Source of the DNA: an uncultured marine group I thaumarchaeote
GTDB taxonomy: Archaea > Thermoproteota > Nitrososphaeria > Nitrososphaerales > Nitrosopumilaceae
Assembly (NCBI GenBank): GCA_902608175.1
Contig: CACLNC010000001.1
Location: 1,795 to 65,794 of the forward strand
Direction of reading: 5' to 3'
Length of the DNA stretch: 64,000 nt
The translations under genes were made by a program, and so were the position numbers. Below, piece by piece: positions 20,156 through 30,172 of the stretch. How positions within the stretch are numbered: position 1 is the stretch's first letter; every line of letters starts with the position of its first letter. Below the pieces are notes generated by a model. The model made no database searches. It saw only the letters and a program-made list of their open reading frames with translations, and was not told the DNA's origin.

Positions 20156-21123
20156 GCGAACAACAATTTGGTGATATGAGAACTGAATATGGGAAGTCAT
20201 TGATCGAAATTGGTGAACAAGATCAAAATGTTGTTGTGTTAGGGGCAGATACTACAGATTCCTTAAAAACTGCAGGTTTTGGGAAAAAATTTCCTGAACG
20301 ATTTTTTAATGTTGGAATTGCTGAAGCTAACCTAGTTTCTATTGCAGCTGGATTAGCATATTCTGGCAAAACGTCTTTTGCAAGTACCTATGCAATATTT
20401 CTTCCTGGTAGGTGCGTTGATCAAATAAGAAATGCAATAGCATATCCTTCCAGAGAAGATAAAAAAGGTCTGAATGTGAAGCTTGTTACTTCACATGGTG
20501 GTATAACAGTTGGTGCGGATGGAGGTTCACATCAACAATTAGAGGATATTGCAATAATGCGAGCAATTCCTAACATGAGAGTTTTAATCCCAGCTGATTC
20601 AGTTTCTGTTTCAAAACTTACGTGGGTAATTGCACAGGAATATGGACCATTCTATATGAGGATGGCAAGATCTAAAACTCCTATAGTACATTCCGAATCA
20701 CAACAATTTGAAATTGGCAAATCTATAACACTTCGTGATGGTTCTGATTGTACTATTGCTGCAACTGGAACAACGGTTAAACTAGCATTAGATGCTGCTG
20801 ATTCCTTAAAACAAGAAGGAATTTCATGTCGAGTAATTGATAGTTTTTCAATCAAGCCAATTGATGTAGAATCATTAGAAAAGGCAGCTAGAGATACTGG
20901 CTCAATTGTTACATGTGAGGAACATAATATCATGGGGGGTTTTGGTTCTGCTGTAGCAGAAGTGATTTCAGAATTATATCCAGTTCCAATAAGACGAATT
21001 GGTGTTAGGGATAAATTTGGTGAATCTGCACGAGACAATGAAATTCCACAATTACTTGAAAAACATGGAATAACATCAATTAATATAACAAATACTGTAA
21101 AAGAAATTCGGAGTAAGAAATAA
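20152..21123 (+). CDS. Transketolase C-terminal subunit
   Basis: NVGIAE, DGGSHQ and EEH motifs. Confidence 0.93.
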   Translation: MSEQQFGDMRTEYGKSLIEIGEQDQNVVVLGADTTDSLKTAGFGKKFPERFFNVGIAEANLVSIAAGLAYSGKTSFASTYAIFLPGRCVDQIRNAIAYPSREDKKGLNVKLVTSHGGITVGADGGSHQQLEDIAIMRAIPNMRVLIPADSVSVSKLTWVIAQEYGPFYMRMARSKTPIVHSESQQFEIGKSITLRDGSDCTIAATGTTVKLALDAADSLKQEGISCRVIDSFSIKPIDVESLEKAARDTGSIVTCEEHNIMGGFGSAVAEVISELYPVPIRRIGVRDKFGESARDNEIPQLLEKHGITSINITNTVKEIRSKK

Positions 21124-21788
21124 TGAAAATTTTCTTAGATACTGCAAACCTAGACGCAATTAAGAAATATAATGATATGGGACTTTTAGATGGAATTACA
21201 ACAAATCCTTCACTTTTAGCAAAAGAGGGTGGTGATCCTCAAAAAACAATGAAAGAAATTTCTACGATCATCAAGGGTGATGTAAGTCTAGAAGTTGTAA
21301 GTACAACATATGATGGAATGATTGAAGAAGGTAAAAAACTTCGTGAATATGGTAATAATGTAATTGTAAAATGCCCTATGACAGGTGATGGACTAAGGGC
21401 ATGTAAAAGTTTGTCAGTAGAGGGGATTCCAGTTAATGTTACTTTAGTATTTTCTCCAAATCAAGCTCTTTTAGCTGCTAAAGCTGGAGCAAAATATGTT
21501 AGTCCATTCATTGGTAGATTAGATGATATTGGTCATACTGGAATGGATCTAATTAAAGAAATTAAGCAGATATTTACAAACTATAATTTCAAAACTGAAA
21601 TTTTGGTTGCTAGTGTAAGACATCCACAGCATGTAGTTGATGCTGGAAAAATAGGTGCTGATGTTGTAACTTTACCTCCAGCGGTACTAGAAAAGATGTT
21701 AAAACACACACTTACTGATAAAGGATTAAAGGCATTCCTAGATGATTGGGAAAGATTACAAGCAGAAAATCCTGATCTAAAAGCATAA
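21123..21788 (+). CDS. tal: Transaldolase / fructose-6-phosphate aldolase (TalC family)
   Basis: FLDTA, GITTNPSL and VSPFIGRLDD motifs. Confidence 0.93.
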   Translation: MKIFLDTANLDAIKKYNDMGLLDGITTNPSLLAKEGGDPQKTMKEISTIIKGDVSLEVVSTTYDGMIEEGKKLREYGNNVIVKCPMTGDGLRACKSLSVEGIPVNVTLVFSPNQALLAAKAGAKYVSPFIGRLDDIGHTGMDLIKEIKQIFTNYNFKTEILVASVRHPQHVVDAGKIGADVVTLPPAVLEKMLKHTLTDKGLKAFLDDWERLQAENPDLKA

Positions 21789-21823
21789 GTTATTTTTAAT
21801 TAGAATTATTTAAAATCTTTAAT

Positions 21824-22387
21824 TTACGCATCATACATCATTAGTTTCTTTTCCTCTAAAACTGAATGTAAATTATTAACAGATCTGTATACCTGTTCTT
21901 CCTTTTTTGCACCTGTGCATACAAGTTTTCCAGATGCAAAAAGCAAAATCACTGTTTTAGGTTCCAACATTCTGTGTATTAATCCAGGAAATTGCTCTGG
22001 TTCATACATACTCCGTGGTAATTTTCTTGCAGCTAATTCCAAGTGAATTTTTCCACCTAGATTAATTGCAGCAACTATATTTTGAACCTTAATTACTGGC
22101 TCATTTTTTATCTTAATTTTTCCTTTACGTAATGCCTTAACAACAGTATTCACAGCTTTGTGAGCCATTGCTTCAGATTTTCCTCCAGTACAAACCATTT
22201 TACCAGTTCTAAAAATTAGTGTAGCAGTCCTTGGATTAGCCAGTCTAAATACAAGACCTGGAAATTGTTCAGGATGGTATTCCGTCTCTGGAAATTTTTT
22301 TGTTATATCATTCAAGTCAATTTTCTGGTCAACAGAAGCAGATGCAACCACATTTTCTATACTTATGATTGGTTTTGTCTGTGGCAT
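21824..22387 (-). CDS. tbp: TATA-box-binding protein
   Basis: Two repeats of NxVA...YxPEQFPGL...GKxVCTG. Confidence 0.97.
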   Translation of the reverse strand: MPQTKPIISIENVVASASVDQKIDLNDITKKFPETEYHPEQFPGLVFRLANPRTATLIFRTGKMVCTGGKSEAMAHKAVNTVVKALRKGKIKIKNEPVIKVQNIVAAINLGGKIHLELAARKLPRSMYEPEQFPGLIHRMLEPKTVILLFASGKLVCTGAKKEEQVYRSVNNLHSVLEEKKLMMYDA

Positions 22388-22441
22388 GTGTGCTGTTTAA
22401 AAATGCCCACTATATATACTAGAATTCCATTTTTTATGTAG

Positions 22442-22669
22442 TTAATGACGATTTTTCCATTGGTATCTATATTCTTCCTCAAATAGTTCAGTTTTGACTT
22501 CATCATCTTTCAAAATTTTTTTTCTATATCTCTTCAAAAGACAGATTTTACATAAACAATCTTTTTCATCTATATTCTCTTTGTCAAGTTTTGGAAAATT
22601 TGCACACCAACATGTCAGATTATTATCGCATGAAAACTCACTTCCACATTCCGAACATTCTTTGTCCAT
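22442..22669 (-). CDS. Cysteine-rich CWC family protein
   Basis: CxxCG.xF.C...CWC...CLCxxC. Confidence 0.8.
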   Translation of the reverse strand: MDKECSECGSEFSCDNNLTCWCANFPKLDKENIDEKDCLCKICLLKRYRKKILKDDEVKTELFEEEYRYQWKNRH

Positions 22670-23361
22670 TATTTATCAAATTTTCTTCGTAATTGCTCAT
22701 CAATAGATTCAGCTTTCACATCAAGTTCTGTCATGTCTCCAAATTTTTGGTATGTTAGTTTTTCTAGAGTATGAAGAATACTTTTAGCTGCCCTAAATTG
22801 TGGTATATCAGGATTTAATAATTCACCATAGAGACCAATCCCATTTATGTCATTTAGTTTTGCATATCCCAATATTAATCCGTTAAAACCAGTAATCACT
22901 GATTGTTGTGGAGTAGTTTCTATATTTAATTTTTTTACTAATTCAAACAATTCATTTGATGTAGTTGTAACATATGTTAATGGGTAACTCCCAAATTTTC
23001 TACTAGTATGATATCCTCCAACAGTGTAGATGAATTTTGCTGAATATTTTTTTGCTACATTAATAACATCTTGACAAAGTTCATTCAGTTCATCATTTTG
23101 TTGGGGTTGACCAGTACCACCGCCAAACACAATCATATCATTTCCGTACCTATATTCCCACTTTTCCTCTGGTATTTCGATATATCCACCTTTATCATAA
23201 ACATATGGTGGGCGTGTTGATTTAACTTCTCTAAACGGAATTGTATTAAGATATTTATTTATAAAATTTACAACAATACTACCAACATTTCCCATATCTT
23301 GCATTGCGGCAATAATTAATGGTTTTTTAACATCTGGTGCCTCTTTATCTATAAATTCCAT
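22669..23361 (-). CDS. PAC2-family proteasome assembly chaperone-like protein
   Basis: DMGNVG, TVGGY and ITGFNGLILG motifs. Confidence 0.85.
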   Translation of the reverse strand: MEFIDKEAPDVKKPLIIAAMQDMGNVGSIVVNFINKYLNTIPFREVKSTRPPYVYDKGGYIEIPEEKWEYRYGNDMIVFGGGTGQPQQNDELNELCQDVINVAKKYSAKFIYTVGGYHTSRKFGSYPLTYVTTTSNELFELVKKLNIETTPQQSVITGFNGLILGYAKLNDINGIGLYGELLNPDIPQFRAAKSILHTLEKLTYQKFGDMTELDVKAESIDEQLRRKFDK

Positions 23362-23417
23362 ACACTAACAAAACACTATTCATTATTAAAATACAACTTT
23401 GTTACTTTAATAAGAAA

Positions 23418-23489
23418 AAGTAAGAGAGAGAATTTGGCATGGCATTACGTAAACGATGATTCCTCTTTAAGGGATACACTCTCTTACTT
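23418..23489. repeat. 11-bp inverted repeat enclosing 50 nt with internal hairpins (candidate structured RNA)
   Basis: AAGTAAGAGAG (23418-23428) and CTCTCTTACTT (23479-23489). Confidence 0.6.
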
Positions 23490-23546
23490 GAATAGATTAA
23501 GTGAATTTGATTTATAATAAATTCGAATAAATCATCCATTTAATTA

Positions 23547-25112
23547 TTAATATTCGCTCAAAATGCTTAGAACACGATTAGGGATTTCAATTAATCTACT
23601 TACTGCAAGAGTTTTTTCATATCCAAGATATTTCAAGTTATGAGCTATGGTAGTTGCGCTAGGCGTATCACGACCAACACCAATTGCTGTCATTTTAACT
23701 CCAATGTTCTTATATGATTTTAGAATCATTCTAACCGCATCAGGATCAGATGGTTCACCATCAGATAATGTTAAAAATATGTCAGGTTTTTTAGAAGACA
23801 AAAGTGGCAACATTTTCACGTAAACTTCTGCTAACGGTGTACCACCGTTAGCAGGAATTTGAGCTAGTCTCTTTGCACATGAATTATTCCATTTTGAATC
23901 CTCAGGTTTAATTTGCCAACAAATTACTTGTCTATTAGTTGTGTTAAATGCAAAAACAGAGAAATTAATTTTTAAAAATGCTAAAACTTCACAAAGACCA
24001 AGTGTAGCCTTTTTGTACTGTATTTGTTGATCCGAAATACTTGACGAGTGATCAAGTAGAATTACAATTTTTGATTTTATACTCTTTTTTACATCAATTA
24101 AGAATGGTTTTTCATATCCTTCAAGGAACATTTCAGGCTCAAATTCATCACCAGTAACAGCATTTTGTTCTTTATATCCTATTTTCCATTCTCGAAATCT
24201 ATTTTTTAGATTATTGATTAAATCTTGATCAAAAATTCTGGTTTCATCAACATTTGTATCACCTGGAGTTTGAATACCAATTACTTCTTTACTAATTCCT
24301 TTACTCTCATTTTTTTTAGTTTCATTTTTAACTATTTCAAATTCTTTAGCAACTTCTTTCCCTTCAACTGCTTCAACTGGATCAATTTTACCTAATTGCC
24401 CTTCAAGTTTTTTAGCAATTTTTTGAAGTGATTTCAAAAAATCATCTGGCGTTAAAAGAAGAGTTGGTCCTTTTATTGGAACTGATAATGGTATTGTGAT
24501 GAGAGGATCAATATCTAAAATTTTTATAATTTTCGGAATATGTTTTTCAAGCCACTCTGTATCATAATTTTTCTCAAGTGCGTCATCAAGAATATCTTTT
24601 GCAATAGAAGATGCTTTCTTGACTTTTTCAAAATGACTTGCTTGTAGCTCGCCCTTTATGTCATCAAATAAGAAATATTGGTAAAATGCTTCAACAATTC
24701 TAGATTTACCTAACAAGGATGATAATTCTGGTCTGTAGATCCACTGCCAAGCATAATTGAATATCATTTCTGTATCCATACCTTTCCAGATTCTTCGTCC
24801 AACTAGTTCAATTCTACGTCGTTCTATTGTATTTAGAACAAAGCCAAATGCATGATCGTTACTTAGAATTTTTTTGCAGTTTTTAATCCTCATAGATTCA
24901 TACCATACAGCAGTTCTGAATTGCCTATATTTTCCAAATTCATCTCCTTGATACTCTCCTATTGGAATCAATACTACACTGTTCTCTTTCAATCTAGTTT
25001 CGTTAATTTTTTTTTGTGAAAATTCTACAATTATTTTATCATTATCAGACCATCTTCTAACAAGAAATGTTGCAATTTCAACTAGTGTATCATTTCGAAG
25101 TTGTAATGACAT
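23547..25112 (-). CDS. von Willebrand A domain protein (CbbO/NorD-like)
   Basis: MIDAS DHSSS, GGTP and SDGEP; follows a MoxR-type AAA gene. Confidence 0.85.
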   Translation of the reverse strand: MSLQLRNDTLVEIATFLVRRWSDNDKIIVEFSQKKINETRLKENSVVLIPIGEYQGDEFGKYRQFRTAVWYESMRIKNCKKILSNDHAFGFVLNTIERRRIELVGRRIWKGMDTEMIFNYAWQWIYRPELSSLLGKSRIVEAFYQYFLFDDIKGELQASHFEKVKKASSIAKDILDDALEKNYDTEWLEKHIPKIIKILDIDPLITIPLSVPIKGPTLLLTPDDFLKSLQKIAKKLEGQLGKIDPVEAVEGKEVAKEFEIVKNETKKNESKGISKEVIGIQTPGDTNVDETRIFDQDLINNLKNRFREWKIGYKEQNAVTGDEFEPEMFLEGYEKPFLIDVKKSIKSKIVILLDHSSSISDQQIQYKKATLGLCEVLAFLKINFSVFAFNTTNRQVICWQIKPEDSKWNNSCAKRLAQIPANGGTPLAEVYVKMLPLLSSKKPDIFLTLSDGEPSDPDAVRMILKSYKNIGVKMTAIGVGRDTPSATTIAHNLKYLGYEKTLAVSRLIEIPNRVLSILSEY

Positions 25113-25918
25113 TACGTATCAAACATAGACGTGATTATATCATTCACTTTTTGGAATTCAACATTCCCCCATTGTGAATAAACATTTCCAAATACAATCT
25201 CAGCAGCCTGTTTTGTACTAATTCCACCTTCTAATAATTTTGCATATGCAATTGTCTCTCGTAATGATGGGGAATAATACAATTCTTCAACTGCTGCAGC
25301 TTGGCGAAGTGTGTTTGCAAGTTTTAATCCTTGCAAAATCTCTGAATCCTTGGAATTCTTAACATGACGTTTGATAATTTCTAACTCTACATCCTCTGAA
25401 GGGTAATCTAGTCTTATTCTAACTGGAAATCTACTAAGTAATTGTGGAGGAAGCTCCTTTGTTCCAACATGAGTAAGTGGATTTATTGTTGCAACAACAA
25501 ACCATGAATTTTTTGCTTTAATCACAGACCCATCAGATTCTTTAAGAACAACCTGTCTTCTATCATCTAATGCTTCATCTAGTCTTAGTAATACATCAGC
25601 TTCTGCGGCATTAATTTCATCAAGATATAACATGTTACCATCTTTCATTGATTTAACTAAAATCCCCTCATCAAAACCAATATTACCCTCATTCAGATTC
25701 TTGGTTCCAACAAGATGACTTTCTCTTGTTCTAAGACTAAAGTTTATTGATTCCAAATCTATTGATCTTTGTTTTGCATATTCCCTAACTAGACTTGTTT
25801 TACCAGTTCCCTTTGGTCCTATAACTAAAACAAATAATCCTTTTTCGTATGCACGGTTTAAAATCTCAAATGAATTATTCCAATCTAGATAAAGTGATTC
25901 CTCTTTTTGACCTGACAA
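25112..25918 (-). CDS. MoxR-group AAA+ ATPase (CbbQ/NirQ/NorQ family)
   Basis: GPKGTGKT, LYLDEIN, ATINP and LLSRF motifs. Confidence 0.9.
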   Translation of the reverse strand: MSGQKEESLYLDWNNSFEILNRAYEKGLFVLVIGPKGTGKTSLVREYAKQRSIDLESINFSLRTRESHLVGTKNLNEGNIGFDEGILVKSMKDGNMLYLDEINAAEADVLLRLDEALDDRRQVVLKESDGSVIKAKNSWFVVATINPLTHVGTKELPPQLLSRFPVRIRLDYPSEDVELEIIKRHVKNSKDSEILQGLKLANTLRQAAAVEELYYSPSLRETIAYAKLLEGGISTKQAAEIVFGNVYSQWGNVEFQKVNDIITSMFDT

Positions 25919-25951
25919 AGTGATTACTTTTGTATTGAAACTTTATTTAAG

Positions 25952-27416
25952 CTAATTCGTTCCAAACGTGGCTATTTTTGAAAAAGACTCGTTTAATGTT
26001 TTATGTAGAGATTTATTCCAATCATCAAATCCATCAGGATTTTTTGGATAATCTTCATAGTGTTGAACTAACCATTGGTTCTGTTTTGATGTGTATCGTA
26101 ATCCATCAGCTACAGTTTTGTTCATTGCTCCACGTATAATCATACCAATCTTTCCTAAACCAGAAAAGTCAGGATGCTCACCCTTACTAATTGATTCAAC
26201 ATCAAGATTTCCCAAGAAATGTTTCATTCCATAACTGATCTGTTCATTAGTCATAGTTTGAACTAGTCTTCTAAATAACTCCAGACCAGCAGTTTTGTAT
26301 CCATATTCTTCAATAAAATCTAGATTGTATTGCCATAATGCTTTTTCTGTAACATCGTTTGCTTGAATTGCATCTACAACATTTTTACCAATAACAGTTC
26401 CCGCAATCAAAGCAGGTCCAATTCCACCCGCATCAATTGGTTTTGGCATCCAGGCAGAATCACCCACTAACATATAACCAGATGAAACTAGACAATCATT
26501 TTGTCTTCTAACGGAAACTTGAAAATTTCCAGTGTTATTGTTAATGTCTTCAGGATCTTCAGACAGTTTTGGATTCTTAATTGCAATGTTTCTTTCTAAA
26601 TACTGATTTATCAAACCAGTTACATTATCATTTTTTCCTAATCTTTTGTTTCGTTGTTCTAAGAGTGTTTTTTCAACACCAAGACCAATGTTTACTTTAT
26701 TATCGGCCTTTGGAAATACCCAGCCATATCCACCAGGAGCAATATCCTGGTCTAAATGTATTATACAATAATCTGTGTCAAATTCAGTAAGATCCTTTTC
26801 TCCTGGTTCAAAATACATGATATGTCTCCCAGTTGATTCAACATCTCTTCTGTCTATTTTTTTCTCAATTTTGTTAGAGTTTTCAAGTTGATTTCTAAGC
26901 ATAGAAGTAATTCCTGTAGCATCTACAACAATTTTTGCAGTTTTTTTTGTATGGTTGTTTTGTTTTATTATCTATACCTTGAACCCCAATTACTTGTTGC
27001 CCATCATATATTAGTCCAGTAAGATTTATCTCAAAATCAAAATTTACACCCATTTTTTTTGTTCTAGCATTTTGAATTTCTGGAAGTTTTTGACGATTCA
27101 ACATGTATCCATCACCATCAAATGGAATTTTCGTCTCTTTATCTGGTGAAAATGCCATTACACCCTTAACGTCATGTTCAATTTCAGGTCTTGTCCAAGG
27201 CACCTTAATTCTCTCTGTCATAAAATCAACTGCTTCTTTAGAGCATGCATCACCACAAGTCCAACCTGGAGATGACTTTCGTCCAGGCAAGTTTTCTGGG
27301 TTTCTATCTATTGATATAATTCTCAAATTTTGATTTGAATAATATGAAATTGATTGTGCAACAATAGTACCAGTTAATCCACCACCGGCAACAATTACGT
27401 CATAATCAGCTTCCAC
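25952..27416 (-). pseudogene. Geranylgeranyl reductase-family FAD oxidoreductase split by one extra A in an A8 run (26941-26948)
   Basis: GGGLTG and CGDA in the upstream ORF; GYGWVFP and GDSA in the downstream ORF; removing one A restores PYKKTAKIVVDATGITSMLRNQ. Confidence 0.85.
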
Positions 27417-27473
27417 AAATTTGACACTAATTGTACTTTATTTAAAACAATGTGATAGAAAATATTGTTTTTT

Positions 27474-27540
27474 GGGTCGGTTCGTCGCGGCGTCATCAGA
27501 GCAATGCTCAGACTGGAGCGGCTTTTATTTCCTCATTCCC
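27474..27540 (-). ncRNA. Box C/D sRNA predicted to guide 23S Gm2251 (E. coli numbering)
   Basis: GGG/CCC terminal stem; C ATGAGGA, D' CTGA, C' TGATGA, D CCGA; D' guide GCCGCTCCAGT complements P-loop RCUGGGGCGG. Confidence 0.82.
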
Positions 27541-27567
27541 TTTTATTGAAATTAAATCTAGTATTAA

Positions 27568-27993
27568 TTATCTTATATTAAGAATTTCTCGATAAATTTT
27601 ACCAATTTCATTTTTTTTATAAACAGGAGTAGTTATTGTTAGTTTAACAGAATCCTTTTTTCCAAATGAAATTTTACCCCTAATGAGATCTTGTTTACTA
27701 ATTCTAATTTCTACTCCAGAATTTGCATTCATTTCATCTATTTTCTGTTCTAAGATATCAATATCATCATTTGAGATTTTTGAGATTAATTTAGAAATTA
27801 GTTTTTTTGCATTATTTTTTGAGAGTTTTATTTTTATTATTGTAATAGGATTACCAAAGTGTCCAGTCATCTCCTCCCTCTCAAACTCTTCAGGATTTAT
27901 TTCAAAAGTATCAAAAAGTGATTTTTCTATTTTAGTTGGATCCTCAGTTGCATGAAGTATTATCTCTATTTCTAGGATCACTTTAGGTGACAT
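27568..27993 (-). CDS. DUF54-type archaeal RNA-binding protein
   Basis: HATED..K and GHFGNPI motifs. Confidence 0.85.
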   Translation of the reverse strand: MSPKVILEIEIILHATEDPTKIEKSLFDTFEINPEEFEREEMTGHFGNPITIIKIKLSKNNAKKLISKLISKISNDDIDILEQKIDEMNANSGVEIRISKQDLIRGKISFGKKDSVKLTITTPVYKKNEIGKIYREILNIR

Positions 27994-28001
27994 AAAGTGA
28001 A

Positions 28002-28631
28002 CTATGTTACTTTTGGTGGTTCGGTTTTAAGTAATGATATTGCTTCTTCTGCAGTTCTGACTAGTTTTACTTTTTCTAACCCAACATGTCTTAGACGAAT
28101 GACTTTCTTTGCTTCTCCCATGATATCGGAATTAATTTTTCCATAACATGCAGCTTGAACAAACTGATCAAGATCCATTTGTGAGACATTTTTCTCAATA
28201 ACTTCTTTAGCTATTAACCTCAGTGAATGTTTACGTGATGTATTTAATTGTCTATGTGTTAATGCTAGAACTTTAATTCTGAAGACTGATCCGTCTTTAG
28301 TTTTTGCATCAATTATAAAACTTATCTTTGAAGAACCACGTCTAATCAAACTCCTAAGAAATTCTTTTGCATATTCATATCTTTTGAATACAGTTCTTGC
28401 TTTCTCATCTTTAACATCAGTTATTTGAAAATAAATTTTGTATTGATGTTGTGATGGATCGCCTTTTAGAATATCAAAAAGTGTTACTTCTAAAACCCTT
28501 CCTTTTGCTTTTTCATCGTCAGTTATTGGAATATACCCAATAGTAATATTGTTAAAGGAATCAGGGGCTTTAACTGAAACCCATTTTTTTTCTTTCCATT
28601 TATCCTTAATTTTTCTTGTTTTTCTAGCCAA
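28002..28631 (-). CDS. rps3ae: 30S ribosomal protein S3Ae (eS1)
   Basis: KDKWKEKKW and RSLIRRGSSKI. Confidence 0.95.
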   Translation of the reverse strand: MARKTRKIKDKWKEKKWVSVKAPDSFNNITIGYIPITDDEKAKGRVLEVTLFDILKGDPSQHQYKIYFQITDVKDEKARTVFKRYEYAKEFLRSLIRRGSSKISFIIDAKTKDGSVFRIKVLALTHRQLNTSRKHSLRLIAKEVIEKNVSQMDLDQFVQAACYGKINSDIMGEAKKVIRLRHVGLEKVKLVRTAEEAISLLKTEPPKVT

Positions 28632-28667
28632 TTATTATCGCCATCTAGTTTCAAAATATAAGTCATA

Positions 28668-29930
28668 CTAGATAATTTCTTTACCAAAATATTTTTGGAG
28701 TACTTTTGGGATAATCACATGTCCATCTTCCGTTTGGAAATTTTCAATTATTGAAACTATGGTTCGTTCTATTGCTACTAGTGTAGCATTTAATGTATGA
28801 ATATACTGTGTATCTTCATTTGTCTTATCACGGAATCTGATCTTTAATCTTCTAGCTTGGTAATCAAGACAATTTGAAACAGAGCAGATCTCTCTATATG
28901 CATTTTGTTCCGGCATCCAGGCTTCAACATCATATGTTTTTGCAGAAACTTTTCCCATATCTCCACTAGAAAGTAATACAACTCTATGTGGTATCTCTAG
29001 CTTCTGATAAAATTCTTCAGTAACTTTGAGCATTTTTTCATGTTCATCCCAAGAATCTTCAGGTTTTGCAAAGACAAATTGTTCAAATTTTTCAAACTGA
29101 TGAACTCTGAAAATACCTTTTTGGTCTTTTCCGTGGGCACCTGCTTCCTTTCTAAAGCATGGACTAGTAGAACCAAATCTATCCGGAAGTTTTTTCCCAT
29201 CCAAAATTTCATCAGTGTACATAGCTGCAATTGCATGTTCTGATGTACCAATTAGATAGAGGTCTTCATCATCTATTCCGTAAATTACATCTTTAAAATC
29301 TTCTGCAATCACTGCACCTTCCATCGATTTTTTGTTAATCATGTATGGAGGCTGTATCAAACTATATCCTTTCTCAGAAAAAAACTCTAGTGCAAATGCA
29401 GAAATTGCATAAGCTAGTTTCACCAAATCACCTTTCAAAAAATAAAATCTTGCCCCAGCAATTTTAGATGCTCTTTGAAGATCAAGAACACCTAAATTTT
29501 CAGCTATCTCTTCATGCCCTTTCATTTTGAAATCAAATTTCCTTATTTGCCCCCATTCTCTAATTACAATGTTTGATGAATCGTCATTACCAATAGGGAC
29601 AGATTCATGTAACATGTTTGGAATTGAATATGCTAGTGTTTCAAAATCTTTTTCAACCTGTTTTTGAGTTAATTCAAGATCATCCAGGGTTTTAGAAATT
29701 GCTCCCATCTGTTTTAGAAGATCTGATGCATCATTATTTGATTTTTTTGCCTGTCCAATTTCAATCGACATCTGATTTCGTTTTTTTCGTAATTCATCAG
29801 TTTCTTTGATCAAATTTCTTCTTCTTTTGTCTAGTTCTAGCATTTTGTCGAAATCAAATTCAACTGCTCTATCTTTGATCATCTTTTTGATCTTTTCCGG
29901 TTGGTCTCTGATGATTTTTGGATCAAGCAT
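28668..29930 (-). CDS. serS: Seryl-tRNA synthetase
   Basis: GTSE, FRKEAG, FRVHQFEK and HTLNAT motifs. Confidence 0.97.
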   Translation of the reverse strand: MLDPKIIRDQPEKIKKMIKDRAVEFDFDKMLELDKRRRNLIKETDELRKKRNQMSIEIGQAKKSNNDASDLLKQMGAISKTLDDLELTQKQVEKDFETLAYSIPNMLHESVPIGNDDSSNIVIREWGQIRKFDFKMKGHEEIAENLGVLDLQRASKIAGARFYFLKGDLVKLAYAISAFALEFFSEKGYSLIQPPYMINKKSMEGAVIAEDFKDVIYGIDDEDLYLIGTSEHAIAAMYTDEILDGKKLPDRFGSTSPCFRKEAGAHGKDQKGIFRVHQFEKFEQFVFAKPEDSWDEHEKMLKVTEEFYQKLEIPHRVVLLSSGDMGKVSAKTYDVEAWMPEQNAYREICSVSNCLDYQARRLKIRFRDKTNEDTQYIHTLNATLVAIERTIVSIIENFQTEDGHVIIPKVLQKYFGKEII

Positions 29931-30172
29931 TATTTGATTACCTCCAGTGCAATGTTTGCATGCTCAAGAACTTCATCAATTGTAGAAATTAATTTCTTCA
30001 TATCGCCTTCATTTTGAAAATTAAGAATAAGACAGTTTCCTTTTTGTTCAATATCTAATGATAATCCCTTTGGGAAATTAATATTATCTGGTTCCAGAGC
30101 CTTCTTTACAGAAGATACCTTTTTACTAGAAATTTCATTCAGATTTATTCTGACTTTGCATTTTTGAGACAT
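29930..30172 (-). CDS. KEOPS subunit Pcc1-like protein
   Basis: ALEPDN motif; archaeal rps15-DHH-pcc1-serS-rps3ae gene order. Confidence 0.75.
   Translation of the reverse strand: MSQKCKVRINLNEISSKKVSSVKKALEPDNINFPKGLSLDIEQKGNCLILNFQNEGDMKKLISTIDEVLEHANIALEVIK

Noticed and set aside
26941-26948. Programmed -1 frameshift at AAAAAAC
   Set aside because: Restoring the frame needs a +1 shift, and no stimulatory structure is evident.
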